This document shows, piece after piece, positions 32,636 to 41,863 of a stretch of 64,000 nt of DNA. The translations under genes and the position numbers were made by a program. Numbering within the stretch: position 1 is the stretch's first letter; every line of letters starts with the position of its first letter. Source of the stretch: Planctomycetota bacterium (lineage in GTDB: Bacteria; Planctomycetota; UBA8108; SXIK01); NCBI GenBank assembly GCA_965223845.1, contig CBDCXR010000004.1:7232001-7296000 (forward strand), given 5' to 3'. The notes beneath the pieces are model-generated. The model worked only from the letters and a program-made list of their open reading frames with translations, did not search any database and was not told where the DNA came from.

Positions 32636-33943
32636 TCAGTCTTCCCAGATTTCCTTTTCGGTTCGCGGCGGAAACGCTGCGGGGATCATTCCCCGAAGCT
32701 TCGCGTGACGCGCGGGCGACAGTGTCGCCGCGATGTCGATGCCCCCGGTGCCGTACTCCGACTTGAGAACCCGACCGTTCTCGCGGATGTAGGACTCCAC
32801 GTCTCCCCGGTCGTACGGAACGGTCAGTCGGACCTCGACGTCGTCCTTCTGGATGCGCTCGAGCATCTCTTGCCTGAGCTCGTCGATCCCTTCGCCCGTC
32901 GCGGCCGACACGCGGAACGCGCGTTCATTCGGGAGGAGGAGGTCCTCGAGGTGCCGCGCTTCAACGATACGATCCGGGGGGATGTTGTCCCATTTGTTGA
33001 GGAGAAACCACGTCTCCTTTCCTTCACAGCCGAGCTCGCGCAGCACGGATCGCACGGTCTTCACGTGTCGTTCGGCTTCTGCGCTGCTCGCGTCGACGAC
33101 GTGAAGGAGAAGGTTTGCCTCGGTGGTCTCGGCGAGCGTCGCGTGGAAACTCGCAACGAGGTGGTGGGGAAGGTCGCGGATGAATCCCACCGTGTCCGTG
33201 ACGAGAACGTAGCGCGAGTCGCTGACGGGCCAGCGCCGGACCCGGGTGTCGAGCGTCGCGAAGAGCTTGTCCTCGACGAGCTCGGTGGAATCGGTGAGCC
33301 GGTTGAGCAGAGTCGACTTCCCCGCGTTTGTGTAGCCGACCAGCGCCACGACGAACTCGCGCCGGCGCTTCTCGATCGAGTGCTGCCGCTTTTCTTCGAG
33401 CTTCTTCAGCTCGGCCTTCAGCTTCCCGATGCGCCGGCCGATGATCCGCTTGTCTTCCTCGAGCTGCGTCTCACCCGGTCCGCGCATACCGATCCCCGCC
33501 TTGAACCGATCGAGGTGGGTCCACATCCGCTTGAGGCGAGGAAGGCTGTAACGAAGTTGCGCGAGCTCGACCTGGAGCTTCGCCTGCCGCGTTCGCGCCC
33601 GCTGGCTGAAGATATCCATGATGAGCTGACTCCGGTCGATCACCTTCCGGCTCGTCAGCTTCTCGAGGTTTCGCTCCTGCGCCGGACTGAGGTCGTTGTC
33701 GGTGACGACGAGGTCGACATCGAGCTCGGCCGCACGGTGAGCGACGTCGTCGACCTTGCCCCGGCCCATGTAGGTTTTCGGGTGGGGGCGCGGCAGGTTC
33801 TGAGTGACCGCGTCGACCACTTCTGCCCCGGCCGTCCGGACGAGCGACGTGATCTCCGCGAGCGGGTTCTCGGGCTCGCGGCGGGGTCCTACGGTCGCCT
33901 TGGCGACGAGGGCTCGTTCGGGAATCTTCGAATCGTTCTCCAT
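32636..33943 (-). CDS. hflX: GTPase HflX
   Basis: LSPAQERNLE, GPGETQLE, GYTNAGKS, LFATLD, DTVGFI and NKWD motifs. Confidence 0.96.
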   Translation of the reverse strand: MENDSKIPERALVAKATVGPRREPENPLAEITSLVRTAGAEVVDAVTQNLPRPHPKTYMGRGKVDDVAHRAAELDVDLVVTDNDLSPAQERNLEKLTSRKVIDRSQLIMDIFSQRARTRQAKLQVELAQLRYSLPRLKRMWTHLDRFKAGIGMRGPGETQLEEDKRIIGRRIGKLKAELKKLEEKRQHSIEKRRREFVVALVGYTNAGKSTLLNRLTDSTELVEDKLFATLDTRVRRWPVSDSRYVLVTDTVGFIRDLPHHLVASFHATLAETTEANLLLHVVDASSAEAERHVKTVRSVLRELGCEGKETWFLLNKWDNIPPDRIVEARHLEDLLLPNERAFRVSAATGEGIDELRQEMLERIQKDDVEVRLTVPYDRGDVESYIRENGRVLKSEYGTGGIDIAATLSPARHAKLRGMIPAAFPPRTEKEIWED

Positions 33944-34040
33944 ACGGAACGCGGGAGGCGGTCTCCTGGTGCTCGGCGGCCGATCGGGTCGGGGGCTCCG
34001 AAGTCCCCTCTAGACAGTGTACCGCGCCCGCCGCGGATGG

Positions 34041-35750
34041 TCAGCCGGTCGAAAGACCGTCGATCGAGCGGGCGTCGAGAGCGACGTGCCGTCGCCAGCG
34101 CTCGTCGTCGCGGGCGGGGAAGTCGGTCCGGAAGTGCACGCCGCGGGACTCCTCTCGCCGAAGCGCGCCGAGAGTGAGGAGGTACGCGACGAGGAGCATG
34201 TTTTGGAGTCCCCAGCCTTTCGAGTCGAGAAACGCGGTCTCGAGCACGTACTGAATCCACGTCTCGATCTGGCCGAGTGCGGACGAGAGACCCTCCTCAT
34301 CGCGTTCGAGCCCGACTTTCTGCCAGAGGAGACTCCGGAGACTCGACGTCAGGTCTTCGAGGTCGAGAGAGCTGGGCTCCGGCGCACCCTGAAGCGGCTC
34401 GTCGGCGACTGACGAGGGACCGAACCTCGACTCGCGCTCCGCTTCGCTCGCCGCGGCGAGACCGGCCCGATGGCCGAACACGAGGCCTTCGAGGAGCGAG
34501 TTCGACGCGAGTCGATTGGCGCCGTGGAGGCCGGTCGACGCGACTTCCCCGGCGGCGAAGAGGCCGCGGAGCGACGAGTGTCCCGCGTCGTCGGTCTGTA
34601 CTCCGCCGATCGAGTAGTGCGCGCTCGGGCGCACGGGAATCGGGTCGCTCGCGATGTCGATGCCGAAACCGAGGAGCTTCTCGCGGATTTTCGGAAAGCG
34701 ATGGCGCACGTGCTCGGGGGAAATGGGCGAGAGATCGAGGAATACGCGGTTCGCCCCCGTCTCACGCATCACCTTTACGATCGCGCGTGAGACGACGTCG
34801 CGAGGGGCGAGATCGGCCTGGGGATGGAAATCGCGCATGAACCGCCGACCGTCCCCGTCGACGAGGATCGCGCCCTCTCCGCGGACGGCCTCCGTGATGA
34901 GAAAGCGGTCCGCTCCCGCGATGTAGAGCGTCGTCGGATGGAACTGGACGAACTCGAGGTCGCGCACCGTTGCGCCGGCGCGAAACGCCATCGCGACTCC
35001 GTCACCGGTCGCGACCCGCGGGTTCGTCGTCTCGCGAAAGAGCCGGCCGAGCCCACCGGTCGCCAGAATGGTCCGCTTCGCCCAGACCGCTTCGCGCTCG
35101 CCGTGAGGACGTTCGACGAGGGCGCCGCGGCAGGTCTCGTCCGTCGTCACGAGATCGAGGGCAAACGTGTTCACGAGGATCGTGACGCGCGGATGCTCGA
35201 TCGCCGCCGCGGCGAGGACGCGCTCGAGCTCGAATCCGGTCGTGTCCCCGCGGTGGAGGATGCGCGGGCGCGAGTGACCACCCTCGAGCGTGAAGTGGAG
35301 AGCTCCGTCGGGTGAGCGGTCCCAAGCCGTTCCCATCTCGGTCAGGGCGTTCACCCGATCGACTCCCTCGCTCACCGCGATCCGAACGACGTCCTCGTCC
35401 GACAGGCCCTCGCCGACCGTCGTCGTGTCGGCGATGTGTCGCTCGAGAGAATCGTCGGTCGCAGCGGGATCGACGACCGCAGCGACACCGCCTTGCGCGT
35501 AGCGAGTCGCCGTCTCCTCGAGCGGAGCCTTCGAAATGAGGAGGACCTCGGCGCCCCGGTCGGCCGCAGCGAGCGCGGCGCTGAGTCCGGCGACGCCGGT
35601 CCCGATGACCGCGACGTCGGTGAATCGGTGCGCCACGCGACTGGCGTCGAAACCGACGAGGTAACGCCGGAGGAGCTGCGGAGGGACGATCGGTCGAGGC
35701 ATCGGCGGTTTCGGGGAGTGTTGGGGCGACGAGGGCTCGGGTGTTGTCAT
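34041..35750 (-). CDS. nadB: L-aspartate oxidase
   Basis: GTGVAG, YAQGG, EGGHS, QFHPT, LITEAVRGEG, HYSIGG, GLHGANRLASNSLLEG and ESRGVH motifs; start may instead be near 35703. Confidence 0.93.
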   Translation of the reverse strand: MTTPEPSSPQHSPKPPMPRPIVPPQLLRRYLVGFDASRVAHRFTDVAVIGTGVAGLSAALAAADRGAEVLLISKAPLEETATRYAQGGVAAVVDPAATDDSLERHIADTTTVGEGLSDEDVVRIAVSEGVDRVNALTEMGTAWDRSPDGALHFTLEGGHSRPRILHRGDTTGFELERVLAAAAIEHPRVTILVNTFALDLVTTDETCRGALVERPHGEREAVWAKRTILATGGLGRLFRETTNPRVATGDGVAMAFRAGATVRDLEFVQFHPTTLYIAGADRFLITEAVRGEGAILVDGDGRRFMRDFHPQADLAPRDVVSRAIVKVMRETGANRVFLDLSPISPEHVRHRFPKIREKLLGFGIDIASDPIPVRPSAHYSIGGVQTDDAGHSSLRGLFAAGEVASTGLHGANRLASNSLLEGLVFGHRAGLAAASEAERESRFGPSSVADEPLQGAPEPSSLDLEDLTSSLRSLLWQKVGLERDEEGLSSALGQIETWIQYVLETAFLDSKGWGLQNMLLVAYLLTLGALRREESRGVHFRTDFPARDDERWRRHVALDARSIDGLSTG

Positions 35751-35892
35751 CGCAAACACCCGAGCGACTCGGTCCGGGCCGCTCTACGCCCCCGGGGGCG
35801 CGGGCGGAAACTCCAACAAGGGTTTGTGGGATAAGGACTTCAGGCTCTTGTGACGATAAGACGGAGAGCGGAAGCGCCCGGGTGGCGCGCCG

Positions 35893-35908
35893 CGGAACCC
35901 TAGTTGCT
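35893..35908 (+). promoter_or_regulatory. Candidate sigma54 -24/-12 promoter for the gspK operon
   Basis: CGGAACCCTAGTTGCT = GG-N10-GC with TTGCT; AT-richer tract at about 35815-35860 upstream. Confidence 0.45.
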
Positions 35909-36148
35909 ACGAAACTCGGGGCGAGATCAATGGAAAGACTCTCTCCAGGAGGCGACGAACGACCGAGCTGGCGGTCGATCGCGCTCCCCGAACGGACCGT
36001 TGGCGCCCAGTCGCGAGCCCGGGGTTCAAGGTCGAGGGCATTTCGACCGCACCTTTCGTGCGCGCGGAATTGCCCGGCCCGATCGCCCTGCGGTTCCTAT
36101 AATATCGATCGATTGTCCCTCTCCTCACGCCCCCGAGCAGTCAACGCG

Positions 36149-38146
36149 ATGAACGCCCCGACCTACTCTCGATTCGGACCCGCGGAGACTTCGCGCACGC
36201 GCGGAATCTCTCTCCGCGGCGTCGGACCCGCTCCGGGGCGAGACGGCGGCATCGCGCTCCTCCTCGTGCTCATCATTTTCATCGTGCTCTACCTCGTCGT
36301 GTTTCAGCTCCACTTCACCACGAAGATGGAGCAGAAGATCGCGCAAGTGCGCTACGCCGAGGTGGAGGCAGGCTCCGGACTGTTCTCGGCGGCGCTCTAC
36401 GTGAAGACCCTCCTCATGGAGGACCTGCGGCAGGATCTCGGCGAGGCCGGTGCGCAGAGCGGAGCGGGCGCGATGGGCGGTGCCCCCGGCGTCGCGCCGC
36501 CCGCGGGGCCGAGCGCTCCGGGCGGGCAGGGATTCGCCATGCCGGTCGACTCGGGCGCGGCGGCCGCCATGGCGGGCGGTGCCTCGACGTCGGTGAAGTG
36601 GTACGACTCCCTGCGCGAGAACCTCTTTCTCCCAAACGTCCAAAGCGTCGGCAACGTCGAGGTGAAGCTCCGCGTGATCGATGGCGAGCGTCGCTACGAC
36701 CTCAATCGCCTCTTCGACTACGTCCGCCTTCGGGAAGAGGAGGTCGCCGAAGGTACGGAAGACCTGCGCGAGGAAGACCTCGTCGACGCCGTCGAAGGGC
36801 GGAGCACCGAAGACGCCGAGGCGAGTCTTCGCGAGCGCTTCCTCGCCCGCGCCGACGAGCGCCAGCGCGCCAACCGGAGAGGCGTCGCCGCGGACGGCGA
36901 GGAAGGGAGCGAGGGCATGGAGGAGCTGCGGCGCGACGCGAGCGGAGCCACGGCCGTCGCGCTCGACGATCTCGATTCCTACGAGCCGGAGCCGCCGTTC
37001 CTCGAGCCGGCGCCGTCCCGCCTCCTTGCGACCGAAGAGATGCTCCGTCGCGCGATCCTCATGATGTTCACCATCAACGAAGACAACGGCTACCTCTACT
37101 CGCAGAAGCACTTCGCCGAGAACGTCGCGCAGGCGATCGTCCAGTACGTCGTCGAACGACGGCTCGAAGATTTCAACAACCGCATCCTGAGCGTGAGCGA
37201 ATTGCTCCAGCTCGACGAAGTGACGCCGGAGGTGTTCTACGGGCCCGTTCCGGATATTCCCGACGGGGAGGAGGCCGCGTTCGGCGATGTGATCCTCTCC
37301 CGCGATCGTTTCGGCGACCTCTCCGCGCGGTTCGCCTTCGACGACGAATACACCGACGACGCCGAGGCCGAGCGCCAAGAGGAGATCGCGCACCTCATGG
37401 AGCAATACGGCCGATTCGCGAACCTTCCGATCGGAATCGGCGCCGATCGACTCGCGGCGACGAGCCTCACCCGCGGCATGGAGGACTGGACGGTCGTTCT
37501 CGACGAGAACGAACAGGAGATGGTCCTCGATCCTCCCGTCCCGATCGGACTTCGGGATCTCTTTACGACGTTCTCGACCGGAAAGATCAATCTCAACTCG
37601 GCCAGTGCGCCGGTCATTTTCGGACTCTTGCTCTCGCTCGACGAGGAAGAGGGGAAAAACGTCGCTTACGGCATCGAGGATTATCGCAACCGCTTCCAGG
37701 AGGAGATGGATCCCGAAAGCGGCGTCGACCGCGTCGACGGCGCCGATACGCTCGATCTAGGACAACCGCGCCGGGAGCCTCCCCTCGATCCGACGACTCT
37801 CAGTGAAGAAGAAGCCAGTCTAGAAGCCGAATACCAGGACATGGAGACGAACTACTTTACGAGTCTCCAGCAGATCGAGCTGATCGACGGATCCGACCAG
37901 GGCCCAGAGGACCTCTTGCGCAGCGACGAGGGCGTGGAGCGCACCGACGCGGAGGGCGACACTCTCTACCGGCGCGTCCTCTTCGACCTCGAGAAGGTCG
38001 TCGTCTTCGGGAGCTCGTACTTCGAAGTGCTGATGAAGGCTGTCTCGCCGGAGAACCGTGCGGTCAAAACCGCGTCGGTGACCCTCCATCGCGACGTGAA
38101 GCGCAGCCTTCTCGAAGTGGTGATGTGGAAGGAGGAGCGCAAGTGA
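36149..38146 (+). CDS. GspK-like minor pseudopilin, enlarged by acidic insertions
   Basis: Class III signal RDG/GIALLLVLIIF lacking Glu5 as in GspK; DGERRYDLN and GKINLNSAS motifs; FTSLQQIELI; SSYFEV. Confidence 0.75.
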   Translation: MNAPTYSRFGPAETSRTRGISLRGVGPAPGRDGGIALLLVLIIFIVLYLVVFQLHFTTKMEQKIAQVRYAEVEAGSGLFSAALYVKTLLMEDLRQDLGEAGAQSGAGAMGGAPGVAPPAGPSAPGGQGFAMPVDSGAAAAMAGGASTSVKWYDSLRENLFLPNVQSVGNVEVKLRVIDGERRYDLNRLFDYVRLREEEVAEGTEDLREEDLVDAVEGRSTEDAEASLRERFLARADERQRANRRGVAADGEEGSEGMEELRRDASGATAVALDDLDSYEPEPPFLEPAPSRLLATEEMLRRAILMMFTINEDNGYLYSQKHFAENVAQAIVQYVVERRLEDFNNRILSVSELLQLDEVTPEVFYGPVPDIPDGEEAAFGDVILSRDRFGDLSARFAFDDEYTDDAEAERQEEIAHLMEQYGRFANLPIGIGADRLAATSLTRGMEDWTVVLDENEQEMVLDPPVPIGLRDLFTTFSTGKINLNSASAPVIFGLLLSLDEEEGKNVAYGIEDYRNRFQEEMDPESGVDRVDGADTLDLGQPRREPPLDPTTLSEEEASLEAEYQDMETNYFTSLQQIELIDGSDQGPEDLLRSDEGVERTDAEGDTLYRRVLFDLEKVVVFGSSYFEVLMKAVSPENRAVKTASVTLHRDVKRSLLEVVMWKEERK

Positions 38147-38193
38147 CTGCGATCTCCACCCTAGTTGTCGATCCCGAGCGAAGGAGCTGACCC

Positions 38194-39243
38194 ATGCGAC
38201 TCTCGATCGGTCCGCTTCGCGCGGGCATCTTGATCGTCAATCTCGCACTGCTGGCGACGCTCGTCGTCACCGCTCTCCAGGCGTTCAACGTCGTCGGCAG
38301 CGCCGAGGGCGAGAAGGCGAGACCGGAGCGGATCGGGCGCTCGGACTTTCGGCCGAACGACGTGGCTCCGTCCTCGGGAAGAAGTCACGTCGGCGCCGTC
38401 GCGAACGTCTCGAGTGGTATGATCCCGACGAAGCCGACGGCGGTCACGACGCCGACGAACGTCCCGAGCGGAGACGCGGGCGAGCCCGAGTCGACGGGAG
38501 AAGAAGAGTACGACGGCGGCCCGCTCGAGGACGAGTGGGAGTACACGTTTTACATGCTTTTCCCGAGCGATCCCCTCTCGAACTTCGCCCGCATTTCGAA
38601 GAAGAAGCCCGACGGAGCGAAAGCGTCGCGAACGACTACATCACGGGGGCGCTCCACGTACCAGCGCCGATCGACGGCCGCGCTCGCGCGACGCGGGAAG
38701 ACCGCCGCCAAGGACGATTCCGTCGCCTTCAGCGTTCGGCAGCGACTCGTGAAGAACGAGGACGCCGACGTCGAGTTCTACGTGCACTCCGCCGACAACA
38801 GGCGCCTCGTCTACTGGATTCCGGGACGCCCGCAGCGCATGTACGCTCTCCCCTTTAAGAGCTCGAGCCCGTTTATCCGGGAGCCGGAGAAGCGAGTCAT
38901 CGCGCCGTCGGAGGTCAAGGACGACGACGATAAGGAAAAGAAGGCCGAGATCATTCGCATCGTCAAAGGGGATGATTCGGAGGCGGCATTCGAGGCGGAG
39001 TACCAGCAGCTTCTCGGTGGAAAGAAGAACTCGAGCGGGGCGAGCAGCCGCGATTCGGGCGGGCTCCGGCGCCGGCAGATCAGTCCGGCGGCGAGCAGCG
39101 CCGGCGCGGACGAAGAATCTCCACGCACGCCGCGAAAGCCGACGGCCGAGGAAGTGAAGGAGCTTCGCGACGCGATTCAGAACATCCCCGCGGAAGAACG
39201 CAAGCGCATGAACGAAGAGTTGAAGGGGATGCTCGGAAAATAG
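38194..39243 (+). CDS. Hypothetical bitopic membrane protein in T2SS operon (positionally GspC-like)
   Basis: One N-terminal TM helix then a soluble domain; between gspK and pilM/gspL; no family recognised. Confidence 0.55.
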   Translation: MRLSIGPLRAGILIVNLALLATLVVTALQAFNVVGSAEGEKARPERIGRSDFRPNDVAPSSGRSHVGAVANVSSGMIPTKPTAVTTPTNVPSGDAGEPESTGEEEYDGGPLEDEWEYTFYMLFPSDPLSNFARISKKKPDGAKASRTTTSRGRSTYQRRSTAALARRGKTAAKDDSVAFSVRQRLVKNEDADVEFYVHSADNRRLVYWIPGRPQRMYALPFKSSSPFIREPEKRVIAPSEVKDDDDKEKKAEIIRIVKGDDSEAAFEAEYQQLLGGKKNSSGASSRDSGGLRRRQISPAASSAGADEESPRTPRKPTAEEVKELRDAIQNIPAEERKRMNEELKGMLGK

Positions 39244-39354
39244 CCGCACCGCCGATGGCCCGCGACGAGTGATCGCGAGTTCCGGTAAAGGAAGAATCGG
39301 AGCCGCGGAATCGAATCTCAGGGGAGACGCGCGCGCCGGACCGAGAAGAGATTT

Positions 39355-41220
39355 ATGGCATTCGTTGTCGGACTAGATTTAGGGACGAGATCGCTCAAGG
39401 GCGCCGTCTTCGAAGGGAACGCGCGAAAGTTCCGCCTCGTCGACGTGTTCTCGGAAGAGATTCCGACGCTCGACGCGCAGAGCGTATCGATCGGCAAGGA
39501 CCTCGAGGTCGAAGCGGAGGCTCCCGACGATCTCGAGACGCCGCTCAGCCTCGACGAGCTCATCGCGAAGGTGCTCCGGGAGCGGAACCTCACCGGCGCC
39601 GAGATCGTGTGCGCGCTCGATTCGAAGGATTGCGGCATCCGCGAGTGCAGCGTTCCGTTCCTCAAGGACGAGCAGATCGAGCGCACCGTCGCGTTCGAGG
39701 CGGAGCACTATTTTCACGCGTTCGAGATCGAAGACGTCACGCTCGAGTGGGTGAAGATCGGTGAGCGCGCGGAGACGAGCCAGCTCTCGCTGTTCGCCGC
39801 GCCGAACGACGCGATCGCCACCCGCCTCGGCCTTCTGAAGAGCGCAGGGGTCGACCCCGTCGCGCTCGATCTCGACGCGGGCGCGCTCATCAACGCATTC
39901 GCGGCGACGCCCTACTTCGACGAGACGAAAAACGCGCTCCTTCTCGACCTCGGAGCGACGTCGACGAAGATCGTCCTCCTCGAGGGAGGGCGCATCAAGA
40001 AGGTCCGTGCACTCCGAACCGGCGCGGCGCGGCTCGACCCCGCGCGCATGCTCGCCCAGCCGGCGGCGGTGGCTGCCGGCGGAGAGCCGCTCGCGGACGA
40101 GGCTCCCTTCGGCGACCTTTCGATCGAGCAGAGATTCCAGGAAATCGAAGACGCCCTTCGCCGGCTCGATCCCGTCGGAAGCGTCGACCTCGAGCCGCCG
40201 GACGATCCGGGCGGAGACGCGCCGATCGCGATCGTTTCCGACGAAGAATACCAGCGACTCGAGCCGGAGGAGCGCCGCGCCCAAGAGGAAGCGCTTCTCG
40301 ACGGCCGGGGCGAGTTCGACTACGGGGAGTATCTCCTTCGCGTCGGCACGGAAGTCCAGCGAACCCTGATCACGACTCAGCTCGACGGCGGCCTCGATCT
40401 CATCTGCCTCACCGGCGGGATGAGCCGAGGCGACGAGACGAAGCGCTTCTTCCAGGACGAGTTCGATGTCGAGACCGTCGACCTCGAGTTCGGCGAGAGC
40501 CTACCGAGTTCGCTCCCGCCGGAGCGTCTCCGCGACGCCGGCGCCGAAGCGGCGATCGCGGTCGGGCTCGGCCTCAAGGTCCTCGGGACGGACCGCTCGA
40601 CGCTCGATTTCAGGAAGGGCCAGTTCCGCTTCGAGCACCGCTTCGATCGCTTGCGCTTTCCGCTGCTCAATTGTGCGGTGCTCGCCTTCCTCGCGTTTCT
40701 CCAACTCGCTTACGTGTCGCTCCTCGACTACCAGCGGGAGAAGAACTACGCGACGCGTTACCAGCAGGAGACGGCCGCGGTTTACAAGACGTTCTTCGAG
40801 AAGGACCTGACGCCCGGACGAAGCGCCGTGCGCGCCGCCGATGCGCAGAGGAAGATCTGGGAGCAGGGTGGAGCCGGCGATGTCGGCCGCTTCCTCCCGT
40901 TCGTCGAGGTCGTCCGTGATATTTCAAACTCCCTCGCGACGACGAATCTCTATTTCACAGTGACCTCGTACGACCTGAAACTCCGCCTCCGTCCCTCGAG
41001 CCGGAGCTCGGGTCGGAACAAGACCAAGGTTTGGATCGGAGAGGACACGAAGATCGACCTCGTCGTCGATCGCTCCGACGCCAACCTCGAGATCGAGAAG
41101 GCCTTCCGAACGAAGTCGGGAATCTTCTCGGCCTCCACGCGCGCGAAAAAAGAGGGCGAAACCTGGAAGGTGTTCCTCACTTTGACCCCCAAGGTCAGCT
41201 ACCTGCGAAAGTTCAACTGA
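39355..41220 (+). CDS. PilM-like actin-fold domain fused to TM and periplasmic domain (GspL-like architecture)
   Basis: VVGLDLGTRSLK, LLDLGATST, LTGGMS and AIAVGLGL, then LDFRKG, a TM helix and a helical periplasmic region. Confidence 0.78.
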   Translation: MAFVVGLDLGTRSLKGAVFEGNARKFRLVDVFSEEIPTLDAQSVSIGKDLEVEAEAPDDLETPLSLDELIAKVLRERNLTGAEIVCALDSKDCGIRECSVPFLKDEQIERTVAFEAEHYFHAFEIEDVTLEWVKIGERAETSQLSLFAAPNDAIATRLGLLKSAGVDPVALDLDAGALINAFAATPYFDETKNALLLDLGATSTKIVLLEGGRIKKVRALRTGAARLDPARMLAQPAAVAAGGEPLADEAPFGDLSIEQRFQEIEDALRRLDPVGSVDLEPPDDPGGDAPIAIVSDEEYQRLEPEERRAQEEALLDGRGEFDYGEYLLRVGTEVQRTLITTQLDGGLDLICLTGGMSRGDETKRFFQDEFDVETVDLEFGESLPSSLPPERLRDAGAEAAIAVGLGLKVLGTDRSTLDFRKGQFRFEHRFDRLRFPLLNCAVLAFLAFLQLAYVSLLDYQREKNYATRYQQETAAVYKTFFEKDLTPGRSAVRAADAQRKIWEQGGAGDVGRFLPFVEVVRDISNSLATTNLYFTVTSYDLKLRLRPSSRSSGRNKTKVWIGEDTKIDLVVDRSDANLEIEKAFRTKSGIFSASTRAKKEGETWKVFLTLTPKVSYLRKFN

Positions 41221-41228
41221 GTTAGGCG

Positions 41229-41786
41229 ATGGCGAAGTCTTCACGAGACAAAGGCGAAGGGATCCAGATCGTGATCTCGACGCTCTTCATGACCGCGGGT
41301 GGTCTCCTCCTCATCACGCTGGCGCTCCGCTTCTATTTCATCCCGAGCGTGAACGAGCGGTACGAGCGTGAATCCTCGCAGTACATCCAGCTCACGAAGA
41401 AGCTCGGCGACAAGGAGATGATCAACCTGCGCGATCAGGCGCGCGCGAGCGCGAAGGTGAAGAACGATCAAACGCTCAAAGAGATCATCCAGTCGAAACT
41501 CAGCGCGTTCGCGCTCACGTACCGAAATCTCCCCGACCCGTCGCGTGGACGGGGGCGTTCCGGCGCGAACCAGGGCACAGTGGAAGTCCGCCAGAGTGTC
41601 GATCTCGAACCGGCCGGGATGACGCCGATCCTCCAGTTCGTCACCTCGGTACTCGACGCGAAGACGAGCGTCCGTGTCGGCTCGCTCAAGCTCTCGCCGA
41701 ACCGGCGGAGCCAGGGGCGCGACTCCTGGACCGCGGGCGTCGAGTTCATCGACTACGAGACGAGCGGCGGCGCGACTCCGAACTGA
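41229..41786 (+). CDS. GspM/PilO-like bitopic protein
   Basis: N-terminal TM helix, coiled coil and small C-terminal alpha/beta domain; directly after the gspL-like gene. Confidence 0.55.
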   Translation: MAKSSRDKGEGIQIVISTLFMTAGGLLLITLALRFYFIPSVNERYERESSQYIQLTKKLGDKEMINLRDQARASAKVKNDQTLKEIIQSKLSAFALTYRNLPDPSRGRGRSGANQGTVEVRQSVDLEPAGMTPILQFVTSVLDAKTSVRVGSLKLSPNRRSQGRDSWTAGVEFIDYETSGGATPN

Positions 41787-41863
41787 GGGGCGCGTTTGCG
41801 CGTCGCCGACTGCGCCACGCCTCTTCGCGTTCTCGCCCGAGCCGATCCATCGCCGAACGCGAG

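Noticed and set aside
34011-34020. Further copy of the MITE end (tagacagtgt)
   Set aside because: Only a 10-bp match with no partner repeat; compatible with chance.
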